Shown here: piece by piece, positions 44,432 to 55,493 of the stretch
How the letters are laid out: each line of letters begins with the position of its first letter
Position numbering within the stretch: the first letter of the stretch is position 1
NCBI RefSeq assembly: GCF_011045215.1
Contig: NZ_CP049201.1
Length of the DNA stretch: 64,000 nucleotides
Reading direction: 5' to 3' (one strand)
Origin: Escherichia coli
GTDB lineage: Bacteria; Pseudomonadota; Gammaproteobacteria; Enterobacterales; Enterobacteriaceae
Notes under the pieces: model-generated
Told to the model about the DNA's origin: nothing
The model's database searches: none
What the model saw: the letters and a program-made list of their open reading frames with translations, nothing else
Made by a program: the position numbers and the translations under genes

Positions 44432-46568
44432 GATGCTGGCTTATCAGATTCAGTACGTCGCGCACACTGTCGAGCATAGGTGTACCTGGACCATAAATCG
44501 CCGCCACGCCGCGCTCTTGCAGGAAGGCGTAATCCTGCGGTGGAATGACGCCACCGGCGACTACGCAGATATCTTCGCGTCCCCATTTTTTCAGCGCTTC
44601 GACCAGTTCCGGGATCAGCGTTTTATGACCGGCAGCCAGTGAGGATGCGCCCACTACGTGAACGTCATTTTCTACTGCCAGGCGGGCGATCTCTTCAGGT
44701 GTAGAGAACATCGGGCTTAAATCTACGTCGAAACCGAGATCGGAATAGGCGCTGGCGATCACTTTCGCGCCGCGATCGTGCCCATCCTGGCCCATTTTGG
44801 CGATCAGAATGCGCGGGCGACGACCATTGTCGGCAAGGAACTGCTCCGTTTGCGCAACAATGGCATCGAACTCGGAGGCCGATTTCTCAGATTGATGATA
44901 GCTTTGCGCAATCACGCCGGTAACACACTGGCTTGGCACCAGATAACGGTCGAAAGCGGCTTCCAGCGCATCGGAAATTTCACCCAGGGTGGCGCGAACG
45001 CGAGCGGCATTAACAGCGGCAGCCAGCAGGTTTTCGTTATGCTGTGCGGCGTGAGTCAGGGCGTTCAACGCGGCGGTTACGGCGGCATCATCACGGGTGG
45101 CGCGAATGCGTTCCAGCGAAGCAATTTGCTCGTTACGCACCATCACGTTGTCGATCTCAAGTACATCGGTTTCGTCTTCGTGATCCAGTTTGTACTTGTT
45201 GACACCAACGATGACACGCTTGCCCTGGTCGATCAGCGACTGTTCGCGCGCTGAGGCCTCTTCGATCATTCGTTTTGGCAGACCTGCTTCGATCGCTTTC
45301 GCCATGCCACCGGCTTCGTCGATCTGTTGGATAATAGCTCTGGCTTGTTTGACGATTTGATCGGTCAGCGACTCAATGTAATAGGATCCGGCCAGTGGAT
45401 CGACGGTGCGGCAGAGTTCTGATTCTTCCTGGATGATGATCTGGGTGTTGCGGGCAATGCGTGCGGAGAAATCGGTAGGCAAACCAAGCGCTTCGTCAAA
45501 GGCGTTGGTATGCAGTGACTGAGTACCGCCCAGCGTCGCAGCCAGTGCTTCAATGGTGGTGCGGATAACGTTGTTATACGGATCCTGTTCAGTCAGGCTC
45601 CAGCCTGAGGTCTGGCAGTGGGTACGCAGCGCCAGTGATTTCGGGTCCTGTGCGCCAAATCCACTGACCGCTTCGCTCCATAAATAACGTGCCGCACGCA
45701 ACATGGCGACGTTCATAAACAGATCCATACCGATGCCGAAGAAGAACGACAGGCGAGGAGCGAAGTCATCAATTTTCAGTCCGGCAGAGATTGCTGCTTT
45801 GATGTACTCAATCCCATCAGCGAGCGTAAATGCTACCTGCTGCACGCAGTTGGCACCCGCTTCACCCATGTGGTAACCGCTGATACTGATGGTATTAAAT
45901 CGCGGCATGTTGCCGGAACACCAGGCGATGATGTCGGCGATAATGCGCATTGACGGTTTTGGCGGGTAAATATAGGTGTTGCGGCAGAGGTACTCTTTGA
46001 GGATATCGTTCTGAATGGTGCCGGTCAGTTTATCAGGTGTAACACCTTGCTCTTCCGCGGCGACGATATAAAACGCCAGTACTGGTAGCACTGCGCCATT
46101 CATGGTCATCGAAACCGACATTTTATCCAGCGGGATCTGGTCGAACAGGACTTTCATATCTTCCACGGTGTCGATAGCGACGCCCGCTTTGCCGACGTCG
46201 CCCGCCACGCGCGGGTTATCGGAGTCGTAGCCTCGGTGGGTGGCAAGGTCAAACGCAACGGAAAGACCTTTTTGCCCGGCGGCCAGGTTACGGCGATAAA
46301 AAGCGTTGGACTCTTTTGCTGTTGAAAAACCAGCATACTGACGGATGGTCCACGGTTGGGCGGTATACATAGTGGCACGCGGGCCACGAACGTAGGGCGG
46401 CAAACCAGGAAGGGTACCTGTCACCTCCAGATTATCGAGATCGGCTTCGGTATACAGCGGCTTGATGGCGATCCCTTCCGCGGTTTGCTGAACCAGCGAG
46501 TCGACAGTTTTCTCCCGACGGCTCAATTCCTTGTTGGCAAGCTGTTGCCACTCCTGCACGTTAGACAT
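44424..46568 (-). CDS. scpA: Methylmalonyl-CoA mutase (B12-dependent)
   Basis: Start at [25 protein letters not shown] (714 aa). Confidence 0.93.
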   Translation of the reverse strand: MSNVQEWQQLANKELSRREKTVDSLVQQTAEGIAIKPLYTEADLDNLEVTGTLPGLPPYVRGPRATMYTAQPWTIRQYAGFSTAKESNAFYRRNLAAGQKGLSVAFDLATHRGYDSDNPRVAGDVGKAGVAIDTVEDMKVLFDQIPLDKMSVSMTMNGAVLPVLAFYIVAAEEQGVTPDKLTGTIQNDILKEYLCRNTYIYPPKPSMRIIADIIAWCSGNMPRFNTISISGYHMGEAGANCVQQVAFTLADGIEYIKAAISAGLKIDDFAPRLSFFFGIGMDLFMNVAMLRAARYLWSEAVSGFGAQDPKSLALRTHCQTSGWSLTEQDPYNNVIRTTIEALAATLGGTQSLHTNAFDEALGLPTDFSARIARNTQIIIQEESELCRTVDPLAGSYYIESLTDQIVKQARAIIQQIDEAGGMAKAIEAGLPKRMIEEASAREQSLIDQGKRVIVGVNKYKLDHEDETDVLEIDNVMVRNEQIASLERIRATRDDAAVTAALNALTHAAQHNENLLAAAVNAARVRATLGEISDALEAAFDRYLVPSQCVTGVIAQSYHQSEKSASEFDAIVAQTEQFLADNGRRPRILIAKMGQDGHDRGAKVIASAYSDLGFDVDLSPMFSTPEEIARLAVENDVHVVGASSLAAGHKTLIPELVEALKKWGREDICVVAGGVIPPQDYAFLQERGVAAIYGPGTPMLDSVRDVLNLISQHHD

Positions 46569-46737
46569 TATTTGCTCCATAAAACGCAATCAAAATGAGG
46601 GTATTTGCGCCTACGGTGAGCTTTTTACGTGGGTTTGTCGCCAGCAAAAAAAATGCATTCAGACGTCGTTTTTTGCCGCCTGAGATTTGTCTATTTTGTG
46701 ATGTGATTCAAGGAATGCAAAAAGAAGTGAGGACAAC

Positions 46738-46758
46738 GCCTGATATGTGCTATCAGGC
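46738..46758 (-). terminator. Putative argP terminator
   Basis: gcctgata-tgtgc-tatcaggc hairpin downstream of argP stop; U-rich on transcribed strand. Confidence 0.45.
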
Positions 46759-46771
46759 ATTATTTGATGGA

Positions 46772-47665
46772 TTAATCCTGACGAAGGACTTTGTGACCAT
46801 AATCGAGTAACGCATCAGTGACTTTACGCATCATGCGGCTTTCAGGTGCAAAGCGGTGCCAGTAAAGCATTCGGCGTTGAAATAGCCCAGGCGTTAAGTC
46901 AATCAGTTCACCGCTGGCCAGTTCTTTCTCGATTTGCAGGTGCGGGATCATACAGCAGGTGGTGCCCTGGCGAGCAAGTTGCACGAATGCTTCTGAAGAA
47001 TTAACGATATGGCAGGGTACGCTGCCAGGAGGCAGATCGAAGTTTTGCTGCAAAAAGGCCTGGTGCATATCGTCAAGATGGTCAAACGCGACCACTGGCG
47101 CTTTCAATAATGCCGAACGCGTTACGCCGTTAGGGAAATATTTTTCGGCAAAGGGTTTTGAGCTGACGAACAGATAGTCGAGCGCACCAAGTTTATCGAC
47201 AAGACAACTCGGCAGCGCCTGATGTTGAATACTCACCGCGCCGACCACTTCGCCGCGGCGCAGACGTTCCTGAGTGCGGGTTTCATCTTCTACCTGCAAG
47301 TTGAGGCGGATAGGCGAATCAGCCAACACAGGAGCCAGTGCAGGAAGCAACCACGTCGCCAGACTGTCGGCGTTGACCGCCAGTGAAAGCAGCAGCGGAG
47401 TCGAACCGGTTTGTTCATCGCCCAGCCACTCTTCTTCCAGCAACTCCACCTGGCGCAGCAGTGCCAGCAGTTTTTGCCCTTGTTCCGTCGGGCGCGGCGG
47501 TACGGTACGCACCAACAGCGGCTGCCCGAACATATTTTCCAGTTGCTTAATGCGCTGTGAGACGGCTGATTGTGTAATGCACAGCTTTTGTGCCGCGCGC
47601 TCAAATCCTCGTTCACGTATCACCGCATCCAGTGCCTGTAATGTTCTGTAGTCCGGGCGTTTCAT
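46772..47665 (-). CDS. argP: LysR-family regulator ArgP (IciA)
   Basis: Start at [43 protein letters not shown] (297 aa). Confidence 0.9.
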
Positions 47666-47806
47666 TGCTGTTGTCTGCTCCTGGTAAATGCTTTTTCCTG
47701 CACTATGACACAATTTTGTGTCAGGTTGCATATACCGAAGCCGTCGGCGGGTAACATTTGTATTCGTGGTTAAACGCGCAGCTTAAAAGATCAGGGATTT
47801 GCGCTA

Positions 47807-48037
47807 ATGCATTTCGCTCAGCGAGTTCGCGCCCTGGTTGTGTTGAATGGCGTGGCGTTATTGCCTCAATTTGCCTGTAAACAGGGGCTTGCGAACGGTG
47901 AACTGGTGCGCCTGTTTGCACCGTGGAGCGGCATACCCAGATTGTTGCATGCCTTATTTGCGGGGCGAAAGGGGATGCCTGCCATTGCGCGATATTTTAT
48001 GGATGAGTTAACCACGCGGCTTGCCAACGGGGTCTGA
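47807..48037 (+). pseudogene. yqfE: LysR-family regulator C-terminal remnant (yqfE-like)
   Basis: 76-aa ORF resembling only the C-terminal effector domain of a LysR regulator (..GELVRLFAPWSG..ARYFMDEL); no HTH-bearing N-terminus. Confidence 0.45.
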
Positions 48038-48092
48038 ATCGCTTTTTTTGTATATAATGCGTGTGAAATTTCATACCACAGGCGAAACGATC

Positions 48093-48752
48093 ATGACGCA
48101 GGATGAATTGAAAAAAGCAGTAGGATGGGCGGCACTTCAGTATGTTCAGCCCGGCACCATTGTTGGTGTAGGTACAGGTTCCACCGCCGCACACTTTATT
48201 GACGCGCTCGGTACAATGAAAGGCCAGATTGAAGGGGCCGTTTCCAGTTCAGATGCTTCCACTGAAAAACTGAAAAGCCTCGGCATTCACGTTTTTGATC
48301 TCAACGAAGTCGACAGCCTTGGCATCTACGTTGATGGCGCAGATGAAATCAACGGCCACATGCAAATGATCAAAGGCGGCGGCGCGGCGCTGACCCGTGA
48401 AAAAATCATTGCTTCGGTTGCAGAAAAATTTATCTGTATTGCAGACGCTTCCAAGCAGGTTGATATTCTGGGTAAATTCCCGCTGCCAGTAGAAGTTATC
48501 CCGATGGCACGTAGTGCAGTGGCGCGCCAGCTGGTGAAACTGGGCGGTCGTCCGGAATACCGTCAGGGCGTGGTGACCGATAATGGCAACGTGATCCTCG
48601 ACGTCCACGGCATGGAAATCCTTGACCCGATAGCGATGGAAAACGCCATAAATGCGATTCCTGGCGTGGTGACTGTTGGCTTGTTTGCTAACCGTGGCGC
48701 GGACGTTGCGCTGATTGGCACACCTGACGGTGTCAAAACCATTGTGAAATGA
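48093..48752 (+). CDS. rpiA: Ribose-5-phosphate isomerase A
   Basis: Start at [39 protein letters not shown] (219 aa). Confidence 0.95.
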
Positions 48753-49007
48753 TCTGACGGGGGAACCTCCCCCGTTAAAAAAATTCTCTTCATTAAATTT
48801 GGTGACATGTGTCACGTTTTTATCTGGCTATTGTCGATTGCTCTAAATAAATCCTCTAAACCAGCATATTCATCCAAGAGTTACCTTTGCGTGATATTTC
48901 CTCAACATCGCGACGCAAACGTTCATATTGCCGCAATATTATTTTTTGATATGTTGAAAGGCGGACGCAAATCCGCACACAACATTTCAAAAGACAGGAT
49001 TGGGTAA

Positions 49008-50240
49008 ATGGCAAAGGTATCGCTGGAGAAAGACAAGATTAAGTTTCTGCTGGTAGAAGGCGTGCACCAAAAGGCGCTGGAAAGCCTTCGTGCAGCTGGT
49101 TACACCAACATCGAATTTCACAAAGGCGCGCTGGATGATGAACAATTAAAAGAATCCATCCGCGATGCCCACTTCATCGGCCTGCGATCCCGTACCCATC
49201 TGACTGAAGACGTGATCAACGCCGCAGAAAAGCTGGTCGCTATTGGCTGTTTCTGTATAGGAACAAACCAGGTTGATCTGGATGCGGCGGCAAAGCGCGG
49301 GATCCCGGTATTTAACGCACCGTTCTCAAATACGCGCTCTGTTGCGGAGCTGGTGATTGGCGAACTGCTGCTGCTATTGCGCGGCGTGCCGGAAGCCAAT
49401 GCTAAAGCGCACCGTGGCGTGTGGAACAAACTGGCGGCGGGTTCTTTTGAAGCGCGCGGCAAAAAGCTGGGTATCATCGGCTACGGTCATATTGGTACGC
49501 AATTGGGCATTCTGGCTGAATCGCTGGGAATGTATGTTTACTTTTATGATATTGAAAATAAACTGCCGCTGGGCAACGCCACTCAGGTACAGCATCTTTC
49601 TGACCTGCTGAATATGAGCGATGTGGTGAGTCTGCATGTACCAGAGAATCCGTCCACCAAAAATATGATGGGCGCGAAAGAAATTTCACTAATGAAGCCC
49701 GGCTCGCTGCTGATTAATGCTTCGCGCGGTACTGTGGTGGATATTCCGGCGCTGTGTGATGCGCTGGCGAGCAAACATCTGGCGGGGGCGGCAATCGACG
49801 TATTCCCGACGGAACCGGCGACCAATAGCGATCCATTTACCTCTCCGCTGTGTGAATTCGACAACGTCCTTCTGACGCCACACATTGGCGGTTCGACTCA
49901 GGAAGCGCAGGAGAATATTGGCCTGGAAGTTGCGGGTAAATTGATCAAGTATTCTGACAATGGCTCAACGCTCTCTGCGGTGAACTTCCCGGAAGTCTCG
50001 CTGCCACTGCACGGTGGGCGTCGTCTGATGCACATCCACGAAAACCGTCCGGGCGTGCTAACTGCGCTGAACAAAATCTTCGCCGAGCAGGGCGTCAACA
50101 TCGCCGCGCAATATCTACAAACTTCCGCCCAGATGGGTTATGTGGTTATTGATATTGAAGCCGACGAAGACGTTGCCGAAAAAGCGCTGCAGGCAATGAA
50201 AGCTATTCCGGGTACCATTCGCGCCCGTCTGCTGTACTAA
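49008..50240 (+). CDS. serA: D-3-phosphoglycerate dehydrogenase
   Basis: 410 aa, MAKVSLEKDKIKFLLVEGVHQKALESLRAAGYTNIEFHKGALDDEQ. Confidence 0.95.
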   Translation: MAKVSLEKDKIKFLLVEGVHQKALESLRAAGYTNIEFHKGALDDEQLKESIRDAHFIGLRSRTHLTEDVINAAEKLVAIGCFCIGTNQVDLDAAAKRGIPVFNAPFSNTRSVAELVIGELLLLLRGVPEANAKAHRGVWNKLAAGSFEARGKKLGIIGYGHIGTQLGILAESLGMYVYFYDIENKLPLGNATQVQHLSDLLNMSDVVSLHVPENPSTKNMMGAKEISLMKPGSLLINASRGTVVDIPALCDALASKHLAGAAIDVFPTEPATNSDPFTSPLCEFDNVLLTPHIGGSTQEAQENIGLEVAGKLIKYSDNGSTLSAVNFPEVSLPLHGGRRLMHIHENRPGVLTALNKIFAEQGVNIAAQYLQTSAQMGYVVIDIEADEDVAEKALQAMKAIPGTIRARLLY

Positions 50241-50260
50241 TTCCCCTTCTCTGACAATCA

Positions 50261-50290
50261 ACGGGCAAGTTACTGGCTTGCCCGTTTTTT
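50261..50290 (+). terminator. serA rho-independent terminator
   Basis: cgggcaagt-tact-ggcttgcccg followed by ttttttt. Confidence 0.6.
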
Positions 50291-50424
50291 TATCCGTTTT
50301 CCCCACATTTGCAGTGCCGTGCATATGTCTTTGCGAGTCTGCTCGAATAAAGAAATTAAAGTCAGATCAATGCGTTGTCTTTGTATGTGAAGGATTTACG
50401 ATGGCGAGGCAGCATGGGGCTGTA

Positions 50425-50575
50425 ACGGTAAAGCCCTCACCGAAGCGAGGGCTTGAAGGAGAAGGGTTATGATGCGACTTGCCATCATACTGATTGTACT
50501 GTTACTCATAAGTTTCCCAGCTTATTAACAGTCAGTCACAGGGGAGGAGTAATCCTCCCTTACCCTTACTCACTA
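50425..50575 (-). ncRNA. Sib antisense RNA (antitoxin), copy 1, boundaries approximate
   Basis: Inferred from Ibs/Sib architecture (antisense sRNA spanning the toxin ORF); conserved hairpins at 50433..50452 and 50605..50631; ends not determined. Confidence 0.4.
50469..50528 (+). CDS. Ibs-family type I toxin peptide (19 aa)
   Basis: atg atg cga ctt gcc ... MMRLAIILIVLLLISFPAY; aggaga RBS upstream; too short for the ORF track. Confidence 0.7.
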   Translation: MMRLAIILIVLLLISFPAY

Positions 50576-50817
50576 AATTAGGTTAAAGAATCAACGATGT
50601 CAATCAGGGCGATGCGGGATGCATCGCCCTGAACCAATCTTGCTGAAGGCCATCTCATCGCCCGCGTTCATTGCGGTAATAAATCCCGTTTTCCCACAAT
50701 AAATTCATACCTTGCATCAGGTTTTACGAGCGCACTCGAAGAAAAGATTTAAAGTAAGATCAATGCGTTGTGGTTATTAAAAGAGAGTTTACGATGGCGG
50801 GGCAGCATGGGGCTGTA

Positions 50818-50968
50818 ACGGTAAAGCCCTCACCGAAGCGAGGGCTTGAAGGAGAAGGGTTATGATGCGACTTGCCATCATACTGATTGTACTGTTACTG
50901 ATAAGTTTCGGAGCTTATTAACAGTCAGTCACAGGGGAGGAGCAATCCTCCCTTACCCTTACTCACTA
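50818..50968 (-). ncRNA. Sib antisense RNA (antitoxin), copy 2, boundaries approximate
   Basis: By analogy with copy 1. Confidence 0.4.
50862..50921 (+). CDS. Ibs-family type I toxin peptide (19 aa), copy 2
   Basis: MMRLAIILIVLLLISFGAY; same RBS context; differs from copy 1 at one residue (P17G). Confidence 0.7.
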   Translation: MMRLAIILIVLLLISFGAY

Positions 50969-51021
50969 AATTAGGTTAAAGAATCAACGATGTCAATCAG
51001 GGCGATGCTGGTGTGTCGCCC

Positions 51022-51570
51022 TCACCACTCCCAGATTTTCGACGGTGTAACCACCGCAGGCAGTGGGATATCCCACTCTTCAACGGGGAGTTTTTCCACC
51101 AACTGACAATCATGCGCATAACCCACCGGTTGCATTTTATAGTGCTGCCAGTTTTGTAAGGTCCGATCATAAAAACCACCGCCCATTCCCAGGCGCTGGC
51201 CGTACTCATCAAAGGCGACCAGCGGTGTGATCAACACGTCTAATCGGGAAAGGGGTAGCACGTCACGCACATCCAATTTTGGCTCATGGATCTTCAACCT
51301 GTTCATCACCAGTTCGCTTTGCGGATGGTAATTCAGGAACAGCAAATTACCGGCACTAAAGGGATGCAAAACTGGAAGATATACGCGCTTACCGGCGCGC
51401 CAGAGTTGTTCTATGAGTGGCTGGGTGTCGAGTTCGCCATCAAAAGAGAGGAATACAGCGACCGTATGTGCCATCACCACCGGGGGATAAGTCATCATCC
51501 GGGTAGCGGCTTGTTGACCCATTTCCTGCTGTTGTTCCGGCGTTAACGTACGACGACGTTGCCGAATCAT
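51022..51570 (-). CDS. ygfA: 5-formyltetrahydrofolate cyclo-ligase
   Basis: Start chosen at MIRQRRRTLTPEQQQEMGQQ (182 aa), downstream of the 6S RNA 3' end; the ORF-track N-terminal extension runs through ssrS. Confidence 0.8.
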   Translation of the reverse strand: MIRQRRRTLTPEQQQEMGQQAATRMMTYPPVVMAHTVAVFLSFDGELDTQPLIEQLWRAGKRVYLPVLHPFSAGNLLFLNYHPQSELVMNRLKIHEPKLDVRDVLPLSRLDVLITPLVAFDEYGQRLGMGGGFYDRTLQNWQHYKMQPVGYAHDCQLVEKLPVEEWDIPLPAVVTPSKIWEW

Positions 51571-51644
51571 TTTGCGGATTTCTTGTCGGGATAATGTCAG
51601 TGGGAGTTCTGGTAGTTGCGTCATGGCTGGTGCCAGATAAGAAG

Positions 51645-51828
51645 GGAATCTCCGAGATGCCGCCGCAGGCTGTAACCCTTGAACCCTTGGTTCAAGGTGA
51701 ATGTGTCGTCGCAGTTTTAAGGCTTCTCGGACGGACCGAGCATGCTCACCAACCGCGGAGCGCCACATTCTTGTGGTATGAAATATCGGCTCAGGGGACT
51801 GGCCCGCTTGCGAACATCTCAGAGAAAT
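51645..51828 (-). ncRNA. ssrS: 6S RNA
   Basis: Reverse complement reads ATTTCTCTGAGATGTTCGCAAGCGGGCCAGTCCCCTGAGCCGATATTTCATACCACAAGAATGTGGCGCTCCGCGG...GGAGATTCCCT, matching 6S RNA as I recall it; immediately upstream of ygfA. Confidence 0.85.
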
Positions 51829-51869
51829 TTTGTCTTCACGGTTACTCTACCACAGTAAACCGAAAAGTG

Positions 51870-52265
<396 letters not shown>

Positions 52266-52366
52266 CTATAGCTACCCTGATGAGAAGAGACAAGCCCTTT
52301 TCTGGTCCACCAGGGCCCAAAGTGGTAGCATATCATGAATATTCCTCCCTTTGACGACGAATGCTT

Positions 52367-52945
52367 ATGTCTATACAGAACGAAATGCCTGGTTACAACG
52401 AAATGAACCAGTATCTGAACCAACAAGGGACGGGTCTGACCCCTGCTGAGATGCATGGTTTAATCAGTGGGATGATATGTGGCGGTAACGATGACAGCTC
52501 ATGGCTGCCGCTACTTCACGACCTGACGAACGAAGGCATGGCTTTCGGTCATGAGCTGGCACAGGCACTGCGTAAAATGCACTCTGCCACCAGCGATGCC
52601 CTGCAAGATGACGGCTTCCTTTTTCAGCTTTATCTGCCTGATGGCGATGATGTCAGCGTTTTCGATCGGGCTGATGCACTGGCAGGTTGGGTCAATCACT
52701 TCCTGCTTGGTCTTGGCGTTACGCAACCGAAGCTGGACAAAGTGACCGGAGAAACCGGTGAAGCCATCGACGATCTGCGTAACATCGCGCAGCTGGGCTA
52801 CGACGAAGACGAAGATCAGGAAGAGCTTGAAATGTCGCTTGAAGAGATCATCGAATACGTTCGTGTTGCCGCGCTGTTATGCCACGACACCTTTACTCAT
52901 CCGCAACCGACCGCGCCAGAAGTACAAAAACCGACTCTACACTAA
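52367..52945 (+). CDS. ygfB: UPF0149 family protein YgfB
   Basis: Start at [21 protein letters not shown] (192 aa). Confidence 0.85.
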
Positions 52946-52970
52946 AAACAAAAAACGTAAGGAGAGTGTT

Positions 52971-54296
52971 ATGAGTGAGATATCCCGGCAAGAGTTTCAG
53001 CGTCGCCGTCAGGCCCTGGTGGAGCAAATGCAACCCGGCAGCGCCGCGCTGATTTTTGCTGCACCAGAAGTAACACGTAGCGCCGACAGCGAATACCCCT
53101 ATCGTCAGAACAGTGACTTCTGGTACTTCACCGGCTTTAACGAACCGGAAGCGGTGCTGGTGCTGATTAAAAGCGATGACACTCATAACCACAGCGTTCT
53201 GTTTAACCGCGTTCGCGACCTGACGGCGGAGATCTGGTTTGGCCGTCGTTTAGGTCAGGATGCCGCGCCAGAGAAACTGGGCGTTGACCGCGCACTGGCA
53301 TTCAGCGAAATTAATCAGCAACTTTATCAACTACTTAATGGTCTGGATGTGGTTTACCACGCCCAGGGCGAATATGCATATGCTGATGAAATCGTGAACA
53401 GCGCGCTTGAGAAACTGCGTAAAGGTTCGCGGCAAAATCTCACCGCGCCGGCAACGATGATCGACTGGCGTCCCATTGTTCATGAAATGCGCCTGTTCAA
53501 ATCGCCGGAAGAGATTGCCGTACTTCGCCGCGCGGGTGAAATCACCGCCCTGGCGCATACTCGGGCGATGGAAAAATGCCGTCCGGGAATGTTCGAGTAC
53601 CACCTGGAAGGCGAAATTCACCACGAATTTAACCGCCACGGCGCGCGCAATCCTTCCTATAACACCATTGTCGGCAGCGGTGAAAACGGCTGCATTCTGC
53701 ATTACACCGAAAACGAGTGTGAACTGCGCGACGGCGATCTGGTGTTGATTGACGCGGGTTGCGAATACAAAGGTTACGCTGGCGATATTACCCGCACCTT
53801 CCCGGTCAACGGCAAATTCACTCAGGCTCAGCGTGAAATCTACGACATTGTGCTGGAGTCTCTCGAAACCAGCCTGCGCCTGTATCGTCCGGGAACTTCC
53901 ATTCAGGAAGTCACCGGTGAAGTGGTGCGCATCATGGTTAGCGGCCTGGTAAAACTCGGCATCCTGAAAGGTGATGTTGATGAACTGATCGCTCAGAACG
54001 CCCATCGTCCTTTCTTTATGCATGGCCTTAGCCACTGGTTAGGACTGGATGTCCATGACGTGGGTGTTTATGGTCAGGATCGCTCGCGCATTCTGGAACC
54101 GGGCATGGTACTGACCGTAGAGCCAGGGCTGTATATTGCGCCGGATGCAGAAGTGCCAGAACAATATCGCGGTATCGGCATTCGTATTGAAGACGACATT
54201 GTGATTACCGAAACCGGTAACGAAAACCTCACCGCCAGCGTGGTGAAAAAGCCGGAAGAAATCGAAGCGTTGATGGCAGCTGCGAGAAAGCAATGA
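52971..54296 (+). CDS. pepP: Xaa-Pro aminopeptidase (aminopeptidase P II)
   Basis: Start at MSEISRQEFQRRRQALVEQMQPGSAALIFAAPE (441 aa); M24 family. Confidence 0.93.
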   Translation: MSEISRQEFQRRRQALVEQMQPGSAALIFAAPEVTRSADSEYPYRQNSDFWYFTGFNEPEAVLVLIKSDDTHNHSVLFNRVRDLTAEIWFGRRLGQDAAPEKLGVDRALAFSEINQQLYQLLNGLDVVYHAQGEYAYADEIVNSALEKLRKGSRQNLTAPATMIDWRPIVHEMRLFKSPEEIAVLRRAGEITALAHTRAMEKCRPGMFEYHLEGEIHHEFNRHGARNPSYNTIVGSGENGCILHYTENECELRDGDLVLIDAGCEYKGYAGDITRTFPVNGKFTQAQREIYDIVLESLETSLRLYRPGTSIQEVTGEVVRIMVSGLVKLGILKGDVDELIAQNAHRPFFMHGLSHWLGLDVHDVGVYGQDRSRILEPGMVLTVEPGLYIAPDAEVPEQYRGIGIRIEDDIVITETGNENLTASVVKKPEEIEALMAAARKQ

Positions 54297-55471
54297 GCGT
54301 AATCATCGTCGGTGGCGGCATGGCGGGCGCGACGCTGGCGCTGGCTATTTCCCGGTTAAGTCACGGGGCGCTGCCGGTACATTTGATTGAAGCGACCGCG
54401 CCAGAATCACATGCTCATCCGGGCTTTGATGGGCGAGCGATTGCGCTGGCGGCGGGTACCTGTCAGCAACTGGCGCGCATTGGCGTCTGGCAATCTCTGG
54501 CGGATTGCGCAACCGCCATCACTACCGTGCATGTCAGCGATCGTGGTCATGCCGGATTCGTCACCCTCGCCGCAGAAGATTACCAACTGGCGGCGCTGGG
54601 GCAGGTTGTCGAATTGCACAATGTCGGGCAACGGCTGTTTGCATTGCTGCGCAAAGCACCTGGCGTAACGCTGCATTGCCCGGATCGCGTGGCTAACGTT
54701 GCCCGTACTCAGAGTCATGTTGAAGTGACGCTGGAGTGTGGCGAGATGCTGACGGGCCGCGTGCTGGTAGCCGCTGATGGCACCCATTCAGCGTTAGCCA
54801 CTGTGTGCGGCGTTGACTGGCTGCAGGAGCCTTACGAACAACTGGCTGTGATTGCCAACGTTGCGACTTCCGTTGCGCATGAAGGGCGCGCTTTTGAACG
54901 CTTTACGCAACATGGCCCGCTGGCGATGTTGCCGATGTCTGACGGACGCTGTTCGCTGGTCTGGTGTCATCCACTGGAACGGCGCGAAGAGGTGCTGTCG
55001 TGGAGCGATGAGAAGTTTTGCCGTGAACTCCAGTCGGCCTTTGGCTGGCGACTTGGGAAAATTACCCACGCTGGTAAACGCAGTGCTTATCCGCTGGCGT
55101 TAACCCACGCCGCCAGATCTATTACCCATCGTACCGTGCTGGTGGGCAATGCGGCGCAAACCCTGCACCCGATTGCCGGGCAAGGGTTCAACCTCGGTAT
55201 GCGAGATGTCATGAGTCTTGCGGAAACCCTGACTCAGGCGCAGGAGCGCGGAGAAGACATGGGTGATTACGGCGTATTGTGTCGTTATCAGCAGCGTCGA
55301 CAGAGCGATCGCGAAGCAACCATTGGCGTCACGGACAGCCTTGTACATCTTTTTGCCAACCGATGGGCGCCGCTGGTTGTCGGGCGCAACATCGGGCTGA
55401 TGACGATGGAATTATTTACCCCGGCACGCGATGTGCTGGCGCAGCGCACCCTCGGTTGGGTGGCGCGTTGA
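54293..55471 (+). CDS. ubiH: 2-octaprenyl-6-methoxyphenol hydroxylase (FAD monooxygenase)
   Basis: 392 aa; FAD motif MSVIIVGGGMAGATLALA; start overlaps pepP stop. Confidence 0.9.
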   Translation: MSVIIVGGGMAGATLALAISRLSHGALPVHLIEATAPESHAHPGFDGRAIALAAGTCQQLARIGVWQSLADCATAITTVHVSDRGHAGFVTLAAEDYQLAALGQVVELHNVGQRLFALLRKAPGVTLHCPDRVANVARTQSHVEVTLECGEMLTGRVLVAADGTHSALATVCGVDWLQEPYEQLAVIANVATSVAHEGRAFERFTQHGPLAMLPMSDGRCSLVWCHPLERREEVLSWSDEKFCRELQSAFGWRLGKITHAGKRSAYPLALTHAARSITHRTVLVGNAAQTLHPIAGQGFNLGMRDVMSLAETLTQAQERGEDMGDYGVLCRYQQRRQSDREATIGVTDSLVHLFANRWAPLVVGRNIGLMTMELFTPARDVLAQRTLGWVAR

Positions 55472-55493
55472 AGGCGGTTTTAAGGAATAAACA

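Larger units (their letters stand above)
50337..50640. repeat. Sib/Ibs repeat unit, copy 1 (~300 bp)
   Basis: ~300-bp segment repeated at 50731..51012 with high identity; contains a 19-codon hydrophobic ORF. Confidence 0.75.
50731..51012. repeat. Sib/Ibs repeat unit, copy 2
   Basis: Second copy of the ~300-bp unit, ~393 bp downstream of copy 1. Confidence 0.75.

Noticed and set aside
48758-48775. Hairpin acggggg-aacct-cccccgt after rpiA as a rho-independent terminator
   Set aside because: The stem is followed by an A-run rather than a T-run on the rpiA strand and there is no minus-strand gene to terminate; kept only as a possible structured element, not annotated as a feature.
50337-51012. 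Possible CRISPR array (direct repeats after serA)
   Set aside because: Only two copies, repeat unit ~300 bp with ~90-bp spacer, each unit contains a small ORF; architecture fits Sib/Ibs toxin-antitoxin repeats, not CRISPR. No cas genes in the window.
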